A stretch of 64,000 nucleotides of DNA from Candidatus Leptovillus affinis (GTDB lineage Bacteria; Chloroflexota; Anaerolineae; Promineifilales; Promineifilaceae), in the NCBI GenBank assembly GCA_016705235.1, contig JADIYP010000005.1:190067-254066 (forward strand). Reading direction: 5' to 3'. Made by a program: the position numbers and the translations under genes. Of the stretch, positions 53,681 to 64,000 are shown piece after piece. Under the pieces are notes generated by a model. The model was not told where the DNA came from, ran no database searches, and saw only the letters and a list, made by a program, of their open reading frames with translations. Positions within the stretch are counted from its first letter, which is position 1. Each line of letters opens with the position of its first letter.

Positions 53681-54199
53681 ATGAACGAAAAGAAAACGAA
53701 TGGCGTGATCGGCGGCATCATCCTGATTGGGATCGGGCTGGTGGCTTTGTTAGGGCAATTTGTGGATATTCAGGTAGGCGAAATGATCGGCCTCTTGATT
53801 TTGCCGGTTTTGGGTTTGATTTTTCTGGTGTGGGGAATCGCGGCGCGTAATGCCGGCCCCATGATTCCCGGCGGTATCCTGAGCGGTTTGGGACTGGGCA
53901 TCATTTTGGTGGAAAAGATTTCCTGGCCGAAGGGCATGGATGAGGGCGGCGCGTTTATGCTGGCTTTTGCGTTGGGGTGGGCGTTGATTACGGTGTTAAC
54001 GGCCGTTTTCACCCCCAAAGTTCACTGGTGGCCACTCATCCCCGGCGGCATCATCGCCTTTATTGGTTTGGCGGTACTCTTTGGCGGCGTCTTCTTAAAG
54101 ACATTGAGCCTGATGAACCTGGTCTGGCCGGTGCTGCTCATCATCTTGGGTTTGTCCGTTATTTACAATGCCCGCAAGGCAAAAGAAAAATCTGCCTGA
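53681..54199 (+). CDS. Hypothetical membrane protein (about 5 TM helices)
   Basis: MNEKKTNGVIGGIILIGIGLVALLGQ.... The ATG at 53681 follows GGAGGG. Confidence 0.55.
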   Translation: MNEKKTNGVIGGIILIGIGLVALLGQFVDIQVGEMIGLLILPVLGLIFLVWGIAARNAGPMIPGGILSGLGLGIILVEKISWPKGMDEGGAFMLAFALGWALITVLTAVFTPKVHWWPLIPGGIIAFIGLAVLFGGVFLKTLSLMNLVWPVLLIILGLSVIYNARKAKEKSA

Positions 54200-54560
54200 T
54201 AACCTTGCCCGCCATTTCTCAATAGCGAGACTTTTTGCACGGCCTCTTGTACCCCAACAAGAGGCCGTTTTTTTTGTCCCGAAATACATTAACAAAATAT
54301 AAGCAATGTGTTGACAAAACATAGACAAGCCGTTACTATGTGTTCATGTACGCACAAAACGCACAGGAAAAATCCAGATAAAGGAGAGAATTAGTTTACT
54401 TCAGACAACTAAACCTGTAAAAAACCTTTGCGCTTTTCATCGCTCTACCTACCATCACCTTGTTAATCGTTTTTACGGTCACTAACTCTAAAATATCCCA
54501 ACGACCCGGCCGTACTTTGTCCATATCATGTTTTTAATAAAAATTAGGAGATACAAAAAA

Positions 54561-55517
54561 ATGAGTCGTTTCGCAAAAAGTTTACTGTTGGTGTTGTTAG
54601 CCGTTTTTGTGGCCTTGCCCGTGGTAAAGGCTGAAGAACAAAAAACCATTGTCGAGATTGCCGTTGGGGACGGCCGTTTCGATACCCTCGTCGCTGCTGT
54701 GGTGGCCGCTGATCTGGCCGACGCGCTTTCCGCTGGCGAATGGACTGTTTTTGCCCCAACCGACGCCGCTTTCGCCAAATTAGGTCTGGACGCTGACAAT
54801 ATCGCCGACGCTTTCTCTAAATCTGAATTGACCGACATTTTGCTTTACCATGTTCTGACCAGCGAAGTAACCTCCGCCAAAGCCAAGACCATGCTGGGCG
54901 ACATCACCATGGCCAATGGTCAGCTTGCCGGCCTGAAGTACTTTGATGGTTCCCTGTGGGTTAATGACGATTCCAAAGTAATCATTGCCGATGTCGATGC
55001 CTCGAATGGTGTTATCCATGCCGTCGACACCGTGATTTTGCCCCCCTGGCCGCGCTCGGCCGATGGTTCTGGCGACGCCGCTCCGGCCGCGCCTGCCGGT
55101 GGCAGCATTGTCGACATCGCTGTGAATGACGGCCGTTTCACCACATTGGTTGCCGCTGTCGTGGCCGCCGACCTGGGTGATGCACTCTCTGGTGGGGAAT
55201 GGACGGTCTTCGCTCCGACCGATGCCGCTTTCGCCAAACTCGGCCTGAACGCCGACAATATCGCCGACGCCTTCACCAAGGCCGAACTGACCGACATCCT
55301 GCTTTACCACGCTCTGGGCAGTGAAGTGACCTCCGCTAAAGCCAAAACTTTGCTCGGCGATGTCACCATGGCCAACGGCCAAAAAGCTGGCCTGAAATAC
55401 TTCGACGGCTCTCTGTGGGTCAACGATGATTCCCGCGTCATCATCCCCGACATCATCGCCAGCAACGGCGTTGTCCATGTCGTCGACACCGTCATCCTCG
55501 GCCCCTGGCCGCGCTAG
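54561..55517 (+). CDS. Secreted protein with two fasciclin (FAS1) domains
   Basis: Signal peptide MSRFAKSLLLVLLAVFVALPVVKA. Two repeats have the form IV(E/D)IAV(G/N)DGRF(D/T)TLVAAVVAADL...WTVFAPTDAAFAKLG...ILLYH...VHAVDTVILPPWPR. Confidence 0.9.
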   Translation: MSRFAKSLLLVLLAVFVALPVVKAEEQKTIVEIAVGDGRFDTLVAAVVAADLADALSAGEWTVFAPTDAAFAKLGLDADNIADAFSKSELTDILLYHVLTSEVTSAKAKTMLGDITMANGQLAGLKYFDGSLWVNDDSKVIIADVDASNGVIHAVDTVILPPWPRSADGSGDAAPAAPAGGSIVDIAVNDGRFTTLVAAVVAADLGDALSGGEWTVFAPTDAAFAKLGLNADNIADAFTKAELTDILLYHALGSEVTSAKAKTLLGDVTMANGQKAGLKYFDGSLWVNDDSRVIIPDIIASNGVVHVVDTVILGPWPR

Positions 55518-55639
55518 TTCAGACGAATTTAGCAACAAATTAAGCTTCTCTCCTTTTGACAAAGGCCCGGCTCAACAGAGCCGGGCCTTTTTTCATGTAT
55601 ACTTGCCCCGAATCTTTTTGTCACAGAGGAAATTGCAAT

Positions 55640-56443
55640 ATGCCACCACGCATTCAATTGATTGCGCTAGATTTGGACGGGACTTTGCTCTGCGAGGATG
55701 GTTCCGTTTCGGCGCGTAATGTACAGGCCATCCAAACGGCCGTCGCCCAAAACATCCAGGTCATCCTGGCCACCGGCAAAACCCGCGCATCGGCCATCGC
55801 CGTGCTGGGCCAATTGGGCCTGCAAACGCCCGGCGTGTTTACCCAGGGATTGGTCATCCACAATGCCGATGGCTCTGTGCGCCACGAAACGGTTCTGGAC
55901 CGGGAAACGGCCGTGCGCGCCATCACCTTCGCCCTCCAACACCAACTGCCGCACCTCGCCTACTGCACAGCCCGCATTGTCGCTCCCTACGACCATGCCT
56001 ACGGCCGTTTGCTGCAAAAAAAATACCACGAGCCGCTGCCCGAAGTCATCGGCCCCTTTCTGGACCAGATCGACGATCTGCACATCAACAAGTTCCTGAT
56101 CAGCGACGAAGCCCACAACGACGCCACCCGCGCCCGCCTGACCGACTTGATGGGCGATAGGGCGACTGTCACCCAGGCCGTGCCGGGTTACATCGAGATT
56201 CTGCCGCCCGGCGCATCCAAAGGGCGCGGCGTGCGGCGGCTTTTGGCCGACATGGGCGTTTCCCCGGCGGCCATGCTGGCCATTGGCGACGGCGAAAACG
56301 ACCTGGAGATGCTGCAAATGGCCGGCGTTGGCGTGGCGATGGGCAATGCGAGAACGGCCGTTAAAGCCATCGCCGATTATGTGACCGCCGACAACAACCA
56401 CAGCGGCGTGGCTGAAGCTATCGAGCGTTTTGCCCTGTCATGA
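55640..56443 (+). CDS. Cof-type HAD-IIB family hydrolase
   Basis: IALDLDGTLL (motif I), ATGK, ASKG and IGDGENDLEML (motif IV). The ATG at 55640 follows AGAGGA. Confidence 0.85.
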   Translation: MPPRIQLIALDLDGTLLCEDGSVSARNVQAIQTAVAQNIQVILATGKTRASAIAVLGQLGLQTPGVFTQGLVIHNADGSVRHETVLDRETAVRAITFALQHQLPHLAYCTARIVAPYDHAYGRLLQKKYHEPLPEVIGPFLDQIDDLHINKFLISDEAHNDATRARLTDLMGDRATVTQAVPGYIEILPPGASKGRGVRRLLADMGVSPAAMLAIGDGENDLEMLQMAGVGVAMGNARTAVKAIADYVTADNNHSGVAEAIERFALS

Positions 56444-56460
56444 CAAAGCATAGTCCAGCC

Positions 56461-56493
56461 AGATTGGACCAATCTCCCAGACTGGTCCAATCT
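56461..56493. repeat. Double palindrome AGATTGGACCAATCT-CCC-AGACTGGTCCAATCT between convergent genes
   Basis: Read directly in the sequence. Same family as 20761, 26200 and 37734. Confidence 0.7.
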
Positions 56494-56505
56494 AAAAGAG
56501 AAACT

Positions 56506-57501
56506 TTAGGCCCGACCCAAAACGGCCGCCAGTAAAGCCATGCGAATATACATGCCGTTCTGCACCTGACGGAAGTAAGCGGCGCGGGGGTCTTTATCCA
56601 CGTTGTAGTGGATTTCGCCCACACGCGGCAGGGGATGCATGACCACCATTTTGTCTTTGGCTTTTTCCAGCAGTTCGGTGGTAATTTCGTAGTAGTTTTT
56701 CACCTCTTCATACTGCGCCAGATCGGAGAAGCGTTCTTTTTGCACGCGGGTCACATACAGGACATCGGCGTTTTTAATGACGTCGGCAACGTCGTGGGTT
56801 TCGCGCACATCGACGCCCGCGTCGATGACATGGTTCATGGTGTTCAGCGGCAGGCGCAAAATCTCCGGCGAGACAAAACGCAGGCTGACATCGAAGTGCA
56901 GCAGCAGTTTGGTGAGAGATTGAACGGTACGGCCGTAGCGCAAATCGCCCACCATGGCCACCTTCAACCCATCTACCCGCCCCAATTCTTCGCGGATGGT
57001 GAACAGGTCGAGCAGCGCCTGGGTGGGATGTTCGCCGGGACCGTCGCCGGCGTTCAGCACGGGGACGCTGGCATAATCGGCGGCCAATTTGGCCGAACCG
57101 ATTTCCGGGTGGCGCAAGACGATGGCGTCGGCGTACTGTTCCAGCGTGCGCACGGTGTCGGCCAGGGTTTCGCCTTTGCTGACAGAGCTAAACTGCACGC
57201 CCTGGGTAATCGGGATTACGCTGCCGCCCAGCCGTTCCATGGCGGCGATGAAGGAGGAGCTGGTGCGGGTAGACGGTTCGTAGAACAGACAGGCCAGGAC
57301 GTAGCCTTTCAGCAAGTCTGCGCTGCCGACGCGCTGCACCATCTCGCGCATTTCGCGGGCGCGGCTGAAAATAAAGGACAATGTATCGCGGTCGAATTGA
57401 TCGACGGATAAGATGTCCTGGCCGGTCAGGCCGTTGCTGTTGGCCACTTTTTGGGTCATCGCGTCCAGGTTGAATAGGGGGGTTAATTCTTGATCTGACA
57501 T
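56506..57501 (-). CDS. pyrB: Aspartate carbamoyltransferase catalytic subunit
   Basis: [12 protein letters not shown] (carbamoyl-phosphate binding STRTR-type motif), HPTQALLD-like [10 protein letters not shown], and HPLPRVGEI. Confidence 0.9.
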   Translation of the reverse strand: MSDQELTPLFNLDAMTQKVANSNGLTGQDILSVDQFDRDTLSFIFSRAREMREMVQRVGSADLLKGYVLACLFYEPSTRTSSSFIAAMERLGGSVIPITQGVQFSSVSKGETLADTVRTLEQYADAIVLRHPEIGSAKLAADYASVPVLNAGDGPGEHPTQALLDLFTIREELGRVDGLKVAMVGDLRYGRTVQSLTKLLLHFDVSLRFVSPEILRLPLNTMNHVIDAGVDVRETHDVADVIKNADVLYVTRVQKERFSDLAQYEEVKNYYEITTELLEKAKDKMVVMHPLPRVGEIHYNVDKDPRAAYFRQVQNGMYIRMALLAAVLGRA

Positions 57502-57561
57502 GTTTTTCTCCTAAAAATGTTGTGAAAAGTAATTTTAACTGTTTGATTTGTGTGCCAGGGT

Positions 57562-58623
<1,062 letters not shown>

Positions 58624-59133
58624 AAAATATGTCCTGCCGATGATGATGGTCTGTTGCACACTGAGGCTGCCTTTTTGGGGTTGGGCGATGGCTGAGTTGC
58701 CAGTCTCAGGCAAAAAAAAGCCCGACCCCTAAAAGGATCAGGCTATTTATCGTTTGCGTTTGGCAATGGCAAAATAAAAATTTTATCTTGGTAGTTCCAG
58801 GTGAATTCGAGCATCTGATTGAGTCTCCTACTGCTTAGATTACACACCGGGAAGTTATCCTAACATAGTTGCCAGAAATTGCAAAATGGGAACCATGGGG
58901 GATTGAGGTTCAGATAGGTCGCTTGCCGGTCGAACAGCCAAAGTGACAATTGAATGAAGCTCCATAGTTGTGAGGGCGTTACCTGGTGGACCTTGTAGAC
59001 CGCCGACTTCCCCAAAAATTGTCAAGATGAAATGTGTCATATAATATATGTAACAAATGTCACTAATATACTGCATCGCTTGCCAGATGTTCTAATGTAA
59101 CTATAATTTGGACTAATTAGGTCCACAATAATT

Positions 59134-59637
59134 ATGTTTCAAATTAGTCGACGTGTAGATTATGCCATGCGAGTCATGGTTGAATTGGGACAACGGGAAG
59201 CGGGGGCTATCGTGTCGACGCGAGAGATTTCCCGGCGTACGGCCGTTCCCAAAGCCTTCTTGCACAAAATAACAACCGATCTGGTAAAATCTTCACTGGT
59301 AAGCACTTCTTCTGGTCCAATGGGTGGGTTAGCCCTGGCCCAGCCCTCATCTGAGATAACCGTTTTACAGATAATAGAAGCCATTGAAGGCCCAATCTGC
59401 ATCAACGTCTGCCTGGTTCGCCCACACGAATGTCCTCGAGACATGGTCTGCCCGGTGCATGGCTTGTGGGGGCGTTTGCAAACCGCTCTAGTGGCAGAAT
59501 TACAAAGCGTGACGCTAGAACATTTGGCTGCGGAAGCAAAAAATCTCAAACAGCATCCGCAGCGCCCAAGTTATGTTTCCTATCTTTTCGCGGAAACAAA
59601 TGAGCAAGCAGTAACCATGGGTGGAATTCGTCAATGA
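59134..59637 (+). CDS. Rrf2-family transcriptional regulator (Cys-containing, probably Fe-S or redox sensing)
   Basis: MFQISRRVDYAMRVMVELG...EISRRTAVPKAFLHKITTDLVKSSLV, with a Cys cluster CINVC...C...C. Confidence 0.85.
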   Translation: MFQISRRVDYAMRVMVELGQREAGAIVSTREISRRTAVPKAFLHKITTDLVKSSLVSTSSGPMGGLALAQPSSEITVLQIIEAIEGPICINVCLVRPHECPRDMVCPVHGLWGRLQTALVAELQSVTLEHLAAEAKNLKQHPQRPSYVSYLFAETNEQAVTMGGIRQ

Positions 59638-60356
59638 GCGCCTCAGGCGATTTAATCATAAAACCGCAACAGCCCGGCAAAAAGAAGGGCATTGGTCTAA
59701 ATTTCCCGACCATCATGTTCTCTGTGTTGGGGTTGTTGACGTTGGGTCTCTTTGCTTTTGTCACCATCCGGCCCATTCAGGTGCTGCCACGAATCACATT
59801 GGCTCCAGGCTATTCCCTCATCGACGCCAATGGCGATGCAGTCACGAATGAAGATTTCCGTGGCAGTTTAGTTCTTTATAATTTTACCTATCTGAATTGT
59901 GAAACCCCCTGCCTGGAAACAACCGGGGTTATGCAAGAACTACAGGCGCGCCTCGACGAGATAGATACCGGTGGGATTCCAGTTCAATTGGTCACCATAT
60001 CCTTTGACCCGGAACGTGACACGCCATCGGCAATGAAAGCCGCGGCAACCCAATTGGGCGTCGATTCGGAAGCCTGGACATTTATGACGGGAACGCCAGA
60101 ACGGTTGAAATGGGTCATTGGCGGTGGGTTTGGCGTCTATTATGAGGAACGAAATCCCGGTGAATTTGTTTTTAGTCCGGCGTTTATGCTTGTTGATGGC
60201 GCTGGCGTGCTACGAGGGGAATACTGGACAGAAGCCCCGGAGACAGACCGCATTTTAAGAGATTTTCGCCTGGTGGCCGAGGAAGTAAAAAATCGTCAGG
60301 GCGTGGCAAATTACGCCTATGACGCAGCCCATTTATTTTTGTGTTATCCTCGTTAG
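59634..60356 (+). CDS. SCO1/SenC-family thioredoxin-fold copper chaperone (variant CxxxC = CETPC)
   Basis: FRGSLVLYNFTYLNCETPC...LVTISFDPERDTP, with an N-terminal TM helix. Confidence 0.75.
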   Translation: MSASGDLIIKPQQPGKKKGIGLNFPTIMFSVLGLLTLGLFAFVTIRPIQVLPRITLAPGYSLIDANGDAVTNEDFRGSLVLYNFTYLNCETPCLETTGVMQELQARLDEIDTGGIPVQLVTISFDPERDTPSAMKAAATQLGVDSEAWTFMTGTPERLKWVIGGGFGVYYEERNPGEFVFSPAFMLVDGAGVLRGEYWTEAPETDRILRDFRLVAEEVKNRQGVANYAYDAAHLFLCYPR

Positions 60357-60372
60357 CCATCAAGACTCGCAC

Positions 60373-61128
60373 ATGATGGCAAGGAAGACCGCATGGGTGG
60401 TTTTTCTGGCCTCATTAGTTTGCAGGAATGGAATAAACATGTCAGCAACAACTGATACACCAGAATCGGAAAATGGAACACTTTCCATCCCGACCAGCGC
60501 CAAGAAATTAACGTCCGGCAAATTGACCTTGCTGGCTGTTGTGGGTTTGTTGTTCGGGCTGACGGCCGGTTGGATTTTGATTCGCCTTAATCAGGGACTT
60601 CCTATCATTGGGCCGCGGCAATTTCATGGACTGCTCATAGAGTCGCCGCCGCCTTTGTCGGATTTTACGTTGGGAGCAACAACCGGCGAGTCAATGAGTT
60701 TGCGTGATTTTCGGGGGAAAGTGGTTTTGCTCTATTTCGGCTACACATTTTGTCCTGATGTTTGCCCGGCGACGATGGTCGAAATGAAGCGGATGATGAG
60801 TGAATTAGGGCGTGACGCAGAAGACGTGCAGGTAATTATGATTTCTGTCGATCCACAGCGCGACACGTTGGATAAGTTGGGGGAGTATGTCACACGGTTC
60901 CATCCGTCGTTTATTGGGATGACTGGTGATGAGAGTGAATTATTGGGTATCACGACGCAGTTAGGGATCTATTATGCTAAGCACGAAGGTACGCCGGCGA
61001 CTGGCTACCTGATGGATCATACAGCGAGTGTGAGTGTGATGGATCAAGACGGCCGTTTACGCCTCGTATTTCCCTTTGGTACAACCGGAGAAGATATGGC
61101 CACCGACGTGCGATATCTGCTCCATTAA
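60373..61128 (+). CDS. SCO1/SenC-family copper chaperone (canonical CPDVCP)
   Basis: FRGKVVLLYFGYTFCPDVCPATM...ISVDPQRDT...HTASVSVMD. The start may instead be the ATG at 60439. Confidence 0.85.
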   Translation: MMARKTAWVVFLASLVCRNGINMSATTDTPESENGTLSIPTSAKKLTSGKLTLLAVVGLLFGLTAGWILIRLNQGLPIIGPRQFHGLLIESPPPLSDFTLGATTGESMSLRDFRGKVVLLYFGYTFCPDVCPATMVEMKRMMSELGRDAEDVQVIMISVDPQRDTLDKLGEYVTRFHPSFIGMTGDESELLGITTQLGIYYAKHEGTPATGYLMDHTASVSVMDQDGRLRLVFPFGTTGEDMATDVRYLLH

Positions 61129-61166
61129 TCAATTTTGCAGCATAGTAAAATTTAAGGAGGTTTTGG

Positions 61167-61298
61167 ATGGAAAAGAAGAAGTACAAAGTCCCCCAGGGCA
61201 CCGTAGCGATCATGATCATCTTTATTTTGCTCATCATCGCGTTGTGGGGTAGCGCGTATCTCACGATGCTCTCTCGAGGAGTGACCATTACGCCATGA
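61167..61298 (+). CDS. cbaD: ba3-type cytochrome c oxidase subunit IIa (43 aa; absent from the ORF track)
   Basis: MEKKKYKVPQGTVAIMIIFILLIIALWGSAYLTMLSRGVTITP. It has a single TM helix and resembles the Thermus subunit IIa (MEEKPKGALAVILVLTLTILVFWLGVYAVFFARG). AAGGAGG lies upstream, and the stop overlaps the next start (ATGA). Confidence 0.7.
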   Translation: MEKKKYKVPQGTVAIMIIFILLIIALWGSAYLTMLSRGVTITP

Positions 61299-61780
61299 TC
61301 CACGTAGACCGCAGCGAGAAAATTTACATCATCATCAGTGTGGCTTTGATTGCCGTGTTCTTTGTTGCCGTTGCCGTCAGCAGCTTTGTTTATGGCATCC
61401 AAGTGCCGCTCCCCGAAAGCAGAGTTGATCCACGCACCATTGCCACTCCTGCACCGGGCAACTTCTTTGGTGAACCAGGCCTCTATGAAGTCGGCCCAGG
61501 CAAGTACAATGCCTACATCATGTCCCAGATCTGGTCTTTTACTCCGCGTGAAATAACAGTTCCGGTTGGCTCTACTGTCACCTTCTATGTCACCAGCAAG
61601 GATGTGCAGCACGGTTTTCGCATCAACGAGACCAATGTTAACATGCAAATTGTTCCGGGTGAAGTTTCCAAACTGACTGTCACTTTCGACGAAGCAAGAG
61701 AATATGATTATATCTGCCATGAGTATTGTGGCGTCGGACACCAAACAATGGCCGGTAAAATCATTGTAACCGAGCAATAA
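61295..61780 (+). CDS. cbaB: ba3-type cytochrome c oxidase subunit II (CuA)
   Basis: One TM helix, a cupredoxin domain and the CuA motif CHEYCGVGHQTM. Confidence 0.9.
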   Translation: MIHVDRSEKIYIIISVALIAVFFVAVAVSSFVYGIQVPLPESRVDPRTIATPAPGNFFGEPGLYEVGPGKYNAYIMSQIWSFTPREITVPVGSTVTFYVTSKDVQHGFRINETNVNMQIVPGEVSKLTVTFDEAREYDYICHEYCGVGHQTMAGKIIVTEQ

Positions 61781-61805
61781 CGCAGGAGAGGAGAAAAAGA
61801 CAGAC

Positions 61806-63440
61806 ATGTTTGCACGAGAAAATAAATTAACCGCCTGGCACCTGGGTGTGGCCATGATTGCCCTTTTTATCGGCGGCTTTTTTGGCCCGCTGCAAAAGTT
61901 GGAATATGTTGGCGTCAACCTCTATTCCACTTTAAATAAAATCGGCATCGCTAGCTATTATCAGGGTCTTACCCTCCATGCCGTCCTCAACGCGTTGGTG
62001 TGGACAACCTTTTTTATTGTCGGCTTCTTCACTTTTACCATCACCCGAAGCCTGAATAAAGAACTAACCATGCCCAAACTGAATGCGGTCGGGTTGATCA
62101 CCATGATTATCGGGTTAATCATGGCGGCCATTCCGATTCTCATGAATTTGGCCACGGTTTTGTTCACTTTCTACCCACCCATGAAGGCCAACCCGTTCTT
62201 TTACATCGGCCTGGTTTTAGTAGTTGTAGGCTCGTGGATTTGTGGTTGGGGATTTTATCTTACTTACTTTGCCTGGCGGAAAGAAAACCCCGGTGTGCAA
62301 ACCCCTATTATTGCCCTGGGTTCGCTTATTACCATGGTACTTTGGCAGATCGCTACATTGGGCGTGGCGACTGAACTCCTCGTCATGGTTATTCCCTGGT
62401 CTTTTGGCCTGGTAGAAGGTATCGATCCCCAATTGGCCCGCACATTCTTCTGGTTCACTGGTCACCCGCTGGTCTACTTTTGGCTGCTGCCGGCTTACGT
62501 TTCCTGGTACGGCATGATGCCCAAACAAGCGGGCGGGAAGTTGTTTAGCGAACCGTTGGCTCGTTTGGTTTTCTGGCTGTTCCTGGCGCTGTCGGTTCCG
62601 GTTGGTTTGCATCATCAATACCTTGACCCTGGCGTGCCCGCAGGTTGGAAATTCCTGCACGGATTACTCACCTATTCCCTGTTCCTTCCCAGCATGTTGA
62701 CGGCCTTTAACGTAGTTGCCTCGCTGGAAATTGGGGGACGGAACAATGGTGGTACCGGATTGTTGGGTTGGGTGCGCGCGCTGCCCTGGGGCGACCCTTC
62801 ATACGCAGCGCAAAATTTGGCCATGATTTTGTTTGTGTTTGGTGGCATTGGCGGCCTGACAAATTCCTCTTACAACCTGAATCTGGTTATTCACAACACC
62901 AGTTGGGTACCTGGCCATTTCCATCTGACGGTTGGTTCGGCCGTGACCCTGACATTCTTTGGTATTTTGTACTGGCTCGTGCCCAAATTGAGCGGAAAAC
63001 CTTTGTGGAACCGTAAAGTCGCTTTGGTTCAGGCCTGGACATGGTTTGCCGGCATGTTGTTGATGGGTAATGGCTTGCACATTTTGGGTCTTAATTTTGG
63101 CGTGCCTCGCCGTACAATGGTTGGTGTAGCGGCCTATGCATCTGATGCCTGGAACCCAATGCTTATTGAAGCGGCGATTGGCGGTATTATCTTGGGCATT
63201 AGCGGTTTGCTGTTTTATTCGAATATGATTGGTACTGTTTTATCGAAGAAACGGCTAGAAGCGCCAATTGAAATGCCAGTGGCAGAAGCGTATGATGAGC
63301 ACCCGGCTCCAGCCTGGCTGGACAATTGGAAGCCCTGGCTGGCCATCACCGTGGTCTTGATCGTCGTAGCTTACGGCCCGATTTTGTTTGATATGATTGC
63401 CAACGCCAACATGACCTCGCCTGGTTTTAAGGTGTGGTAG
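61806..63440 (+). CDS. cbaA: ba3-type (B-family) cytochrome c oxidase subunit I
   Basis: Long collinear similarity to Thermus CbaA: YYQGLTLHAVLNA, TVLFTFYPP, IPWSFGLVEGIDPQLARTFFWFTGHPLVYFWLLPAY, MPKQAGGKLFSEP, VGLHHQ and HNTSWVPGHFHLTVGS. Confidence 0.95.
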   Translation: MFARENKLTAWHLGVAMIALFIGGFFGPLQKLEYVGVNLYSTLNKIGIASYYQGLTLHAVLNALVWTTFFIVGFFTFTITRSLNKELTMPKLNAVGLITMIIGLIMAAIPILMNLATVLFTFYPPMKANPFFYIGLVLVVVGSWICGWGFYLTYFAWRKENPGVQTPIIALGSLITMVLWQIATLGVATELLVMVIPWSFGLVEGIDPQLARTFFWFTGHPLVYFWLLPAYVSWYGMMPKQAGGKLFSEPLARLVFWLFLALSVPVGLHHQYLDPGVPAGWKFLHGLLTYSLFLPSMLTAFNVVASLEIGGRNNGGTGLLGWVRALPWGDPSYAAQNLAMILFVFGGIGGLTNSSYNLNLVIHNTSWVPGHFHLTVGSAVTLTFFGILYWLVPKLSGKPLWNRKVALVQAWTWFAGMLLMGNGLHILGLNFGVPRRTMVGVAAYASDAWNPMLIEAAIGGIILGISGLLFYSNMIGTVLSKKRLEAPIEMPVAEAYDEHPAPAWLDNWKPWLAITVVLIVVAYGPILFDMIANANMTSPGFKVW

Positions 63441-63719
63441 GGTTAGATTTATAAGTTAGAGACAGAGGTTTTCGCCTGGTAAGCAAGGTGCAGACCCGCG
63501 AGGGGATGGCTACCACCGACCTTTGTGTTGCGGTATAATCTCTGTCTTCTTAATAATTCGAATAGGCATCGAACAAATTAATCAGCCATGGGTGTCATGG
63601 ACTGGAGGGGGGAAGCCTGTTTAACAAGCCTCTTCTCCTGGCTAAGCCTTGGTTGGCGTTAAGCAATTTGGTTTGTTTGTATTGCCATTCAAAGTTTATG
63701 TTAAATGGAGGTAGAATCA

Positions 63720-64000
63720 ATGCGTAAGTTTTTGATGATTTTGGTTTTGGTTTTGGCTTTGTCACTGGTATTGGCTGCTTGTGGCGGCGGTGGTGAAGCG
63801 AGTAGTGAAACAGCTTCGGTTGGCGTTGTTGGCAATCCGGCCCGTGGACAAAAACTGTATGAGCAAACCACGATTGGTACGGCGAGTGCGCCAGGTTGTG
63901 TGACCTGCCATTCTATGGAACCAGATGTTGTGTTGGTTGGCCCATCACATGCGGGTGTTGGCACCCGCGCTGCGACGTATGTTGCAGGCATGTCGGCCGA
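63720..64000 (+). CDS. Lipoprotein cytochrome c (partial, runs off the window)
   Basis: Absent from the track because it has no stop. GGAGG lies 8 nt before the ATG at 63720. MRKFLMILVLVLALSLVLAAC is a lipobox, and the haem motif CVTCH is present. Confidence 0.75.
   Translation, partial: MRKFLMILVLVLALSLVLAACGGGGEASSETASVGVVGNPARGQKLYEQTTIGTASAPGCVTCHSMEPDVVLVGPSHAGVGTRAATYVAGMSA

Noticed and set aside
58855-59076. 73-aa minus-strand ORF between pyrC and the Rrf2 gene
   Set aside because: This is an AT-rich promoter region. The product has no motifs and no RBS, so it is more likely noncoding regulatory DNA.
63441-63719. Possible structured RNA or riboswitch between cbaA and the cytochrome c gene (AGAGACAGAG ... 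CTCTGTCT inverted pair)
   Set aside because: It has only one short stem and resembles no riboswitch class I know. I treated it as an ordinary intergenic region with a terminator and promoter.

Overview
The window looks bacterial and is GC-rich. I infer Chloroflexota-like, at low confidence. Gene content from left to right:

- **1-7.4 kb:** a secreted Ig-like repeat protein, partial at the window edge. It is followed by a GH81 beta-1,3-glucanase and a GH32 beta-fructosidase. This pair is bracketed by inverted copies of a 109-bp foldback (MITE-like) element.
- **7.7-12.9 kb:** a hybrid sensor kinase, a REC-histidine kinase and an OmpR-type response regulator.
- **13.0-22.7 kb:** an archaeal-type flagellum (archaellum) cluster. 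It has a crenarchaeal-like archaellin, two ArlF/G-like proteins, an HPt protein, a CheY-like receiver, a REC-ArlH fusion, ArlI, ArlJ and an A24 prepilin/preflagellin peptidase. PilN-like and PilO-like proteins follow at 23.2-26.1 kb.
- **26.4-43.0 kb:** a type I CRISPR-Cas locus. It comprises cas4, cas2 and cas1; an HTH protein, a DUF4258 protein and a split HTH-WYL regulator; cas3 with a C-terminal HD domain; cas8-like, KTSC, cas7 (DevR/Cst2 type), cas5 and cas6; and an array of about 36 repeats. Three minus-strand toxin-antitoxin modules are interleaved with the cas genes. Two orphan 23-24-nt half-repeats sit just 5' of two of the antitoxin genes.
- **43.4-53.2 kb:** two tandem paralogous modules, each with a MalT/LuxR-type regulator, a small conserved protein, membrane protein(s) and an MDR oxidoreductase.
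- **53.7-64.0 kb:** a membrane protein, a two-domain fasciclin protein, a Cof-type HAD hydrolase, pyrC-pyrB, an Rrf2 regulator, two SCO1/SenC proteins, a ba3-type cytochrome oxidase (cbaD, cbaB, cbaA) and a partial lipoprotein cytochrome c.

Across the window the palindromic octamer ACGGCCGT occurs about 90 times by my manual count. It is almost absent from 43-53 kb. Several families of intergenic palindromes and foldback elements are also present.

No rRNA or tRNA genes were recognised. All domain calls come from motifs I read in the translations; no database search was possible.
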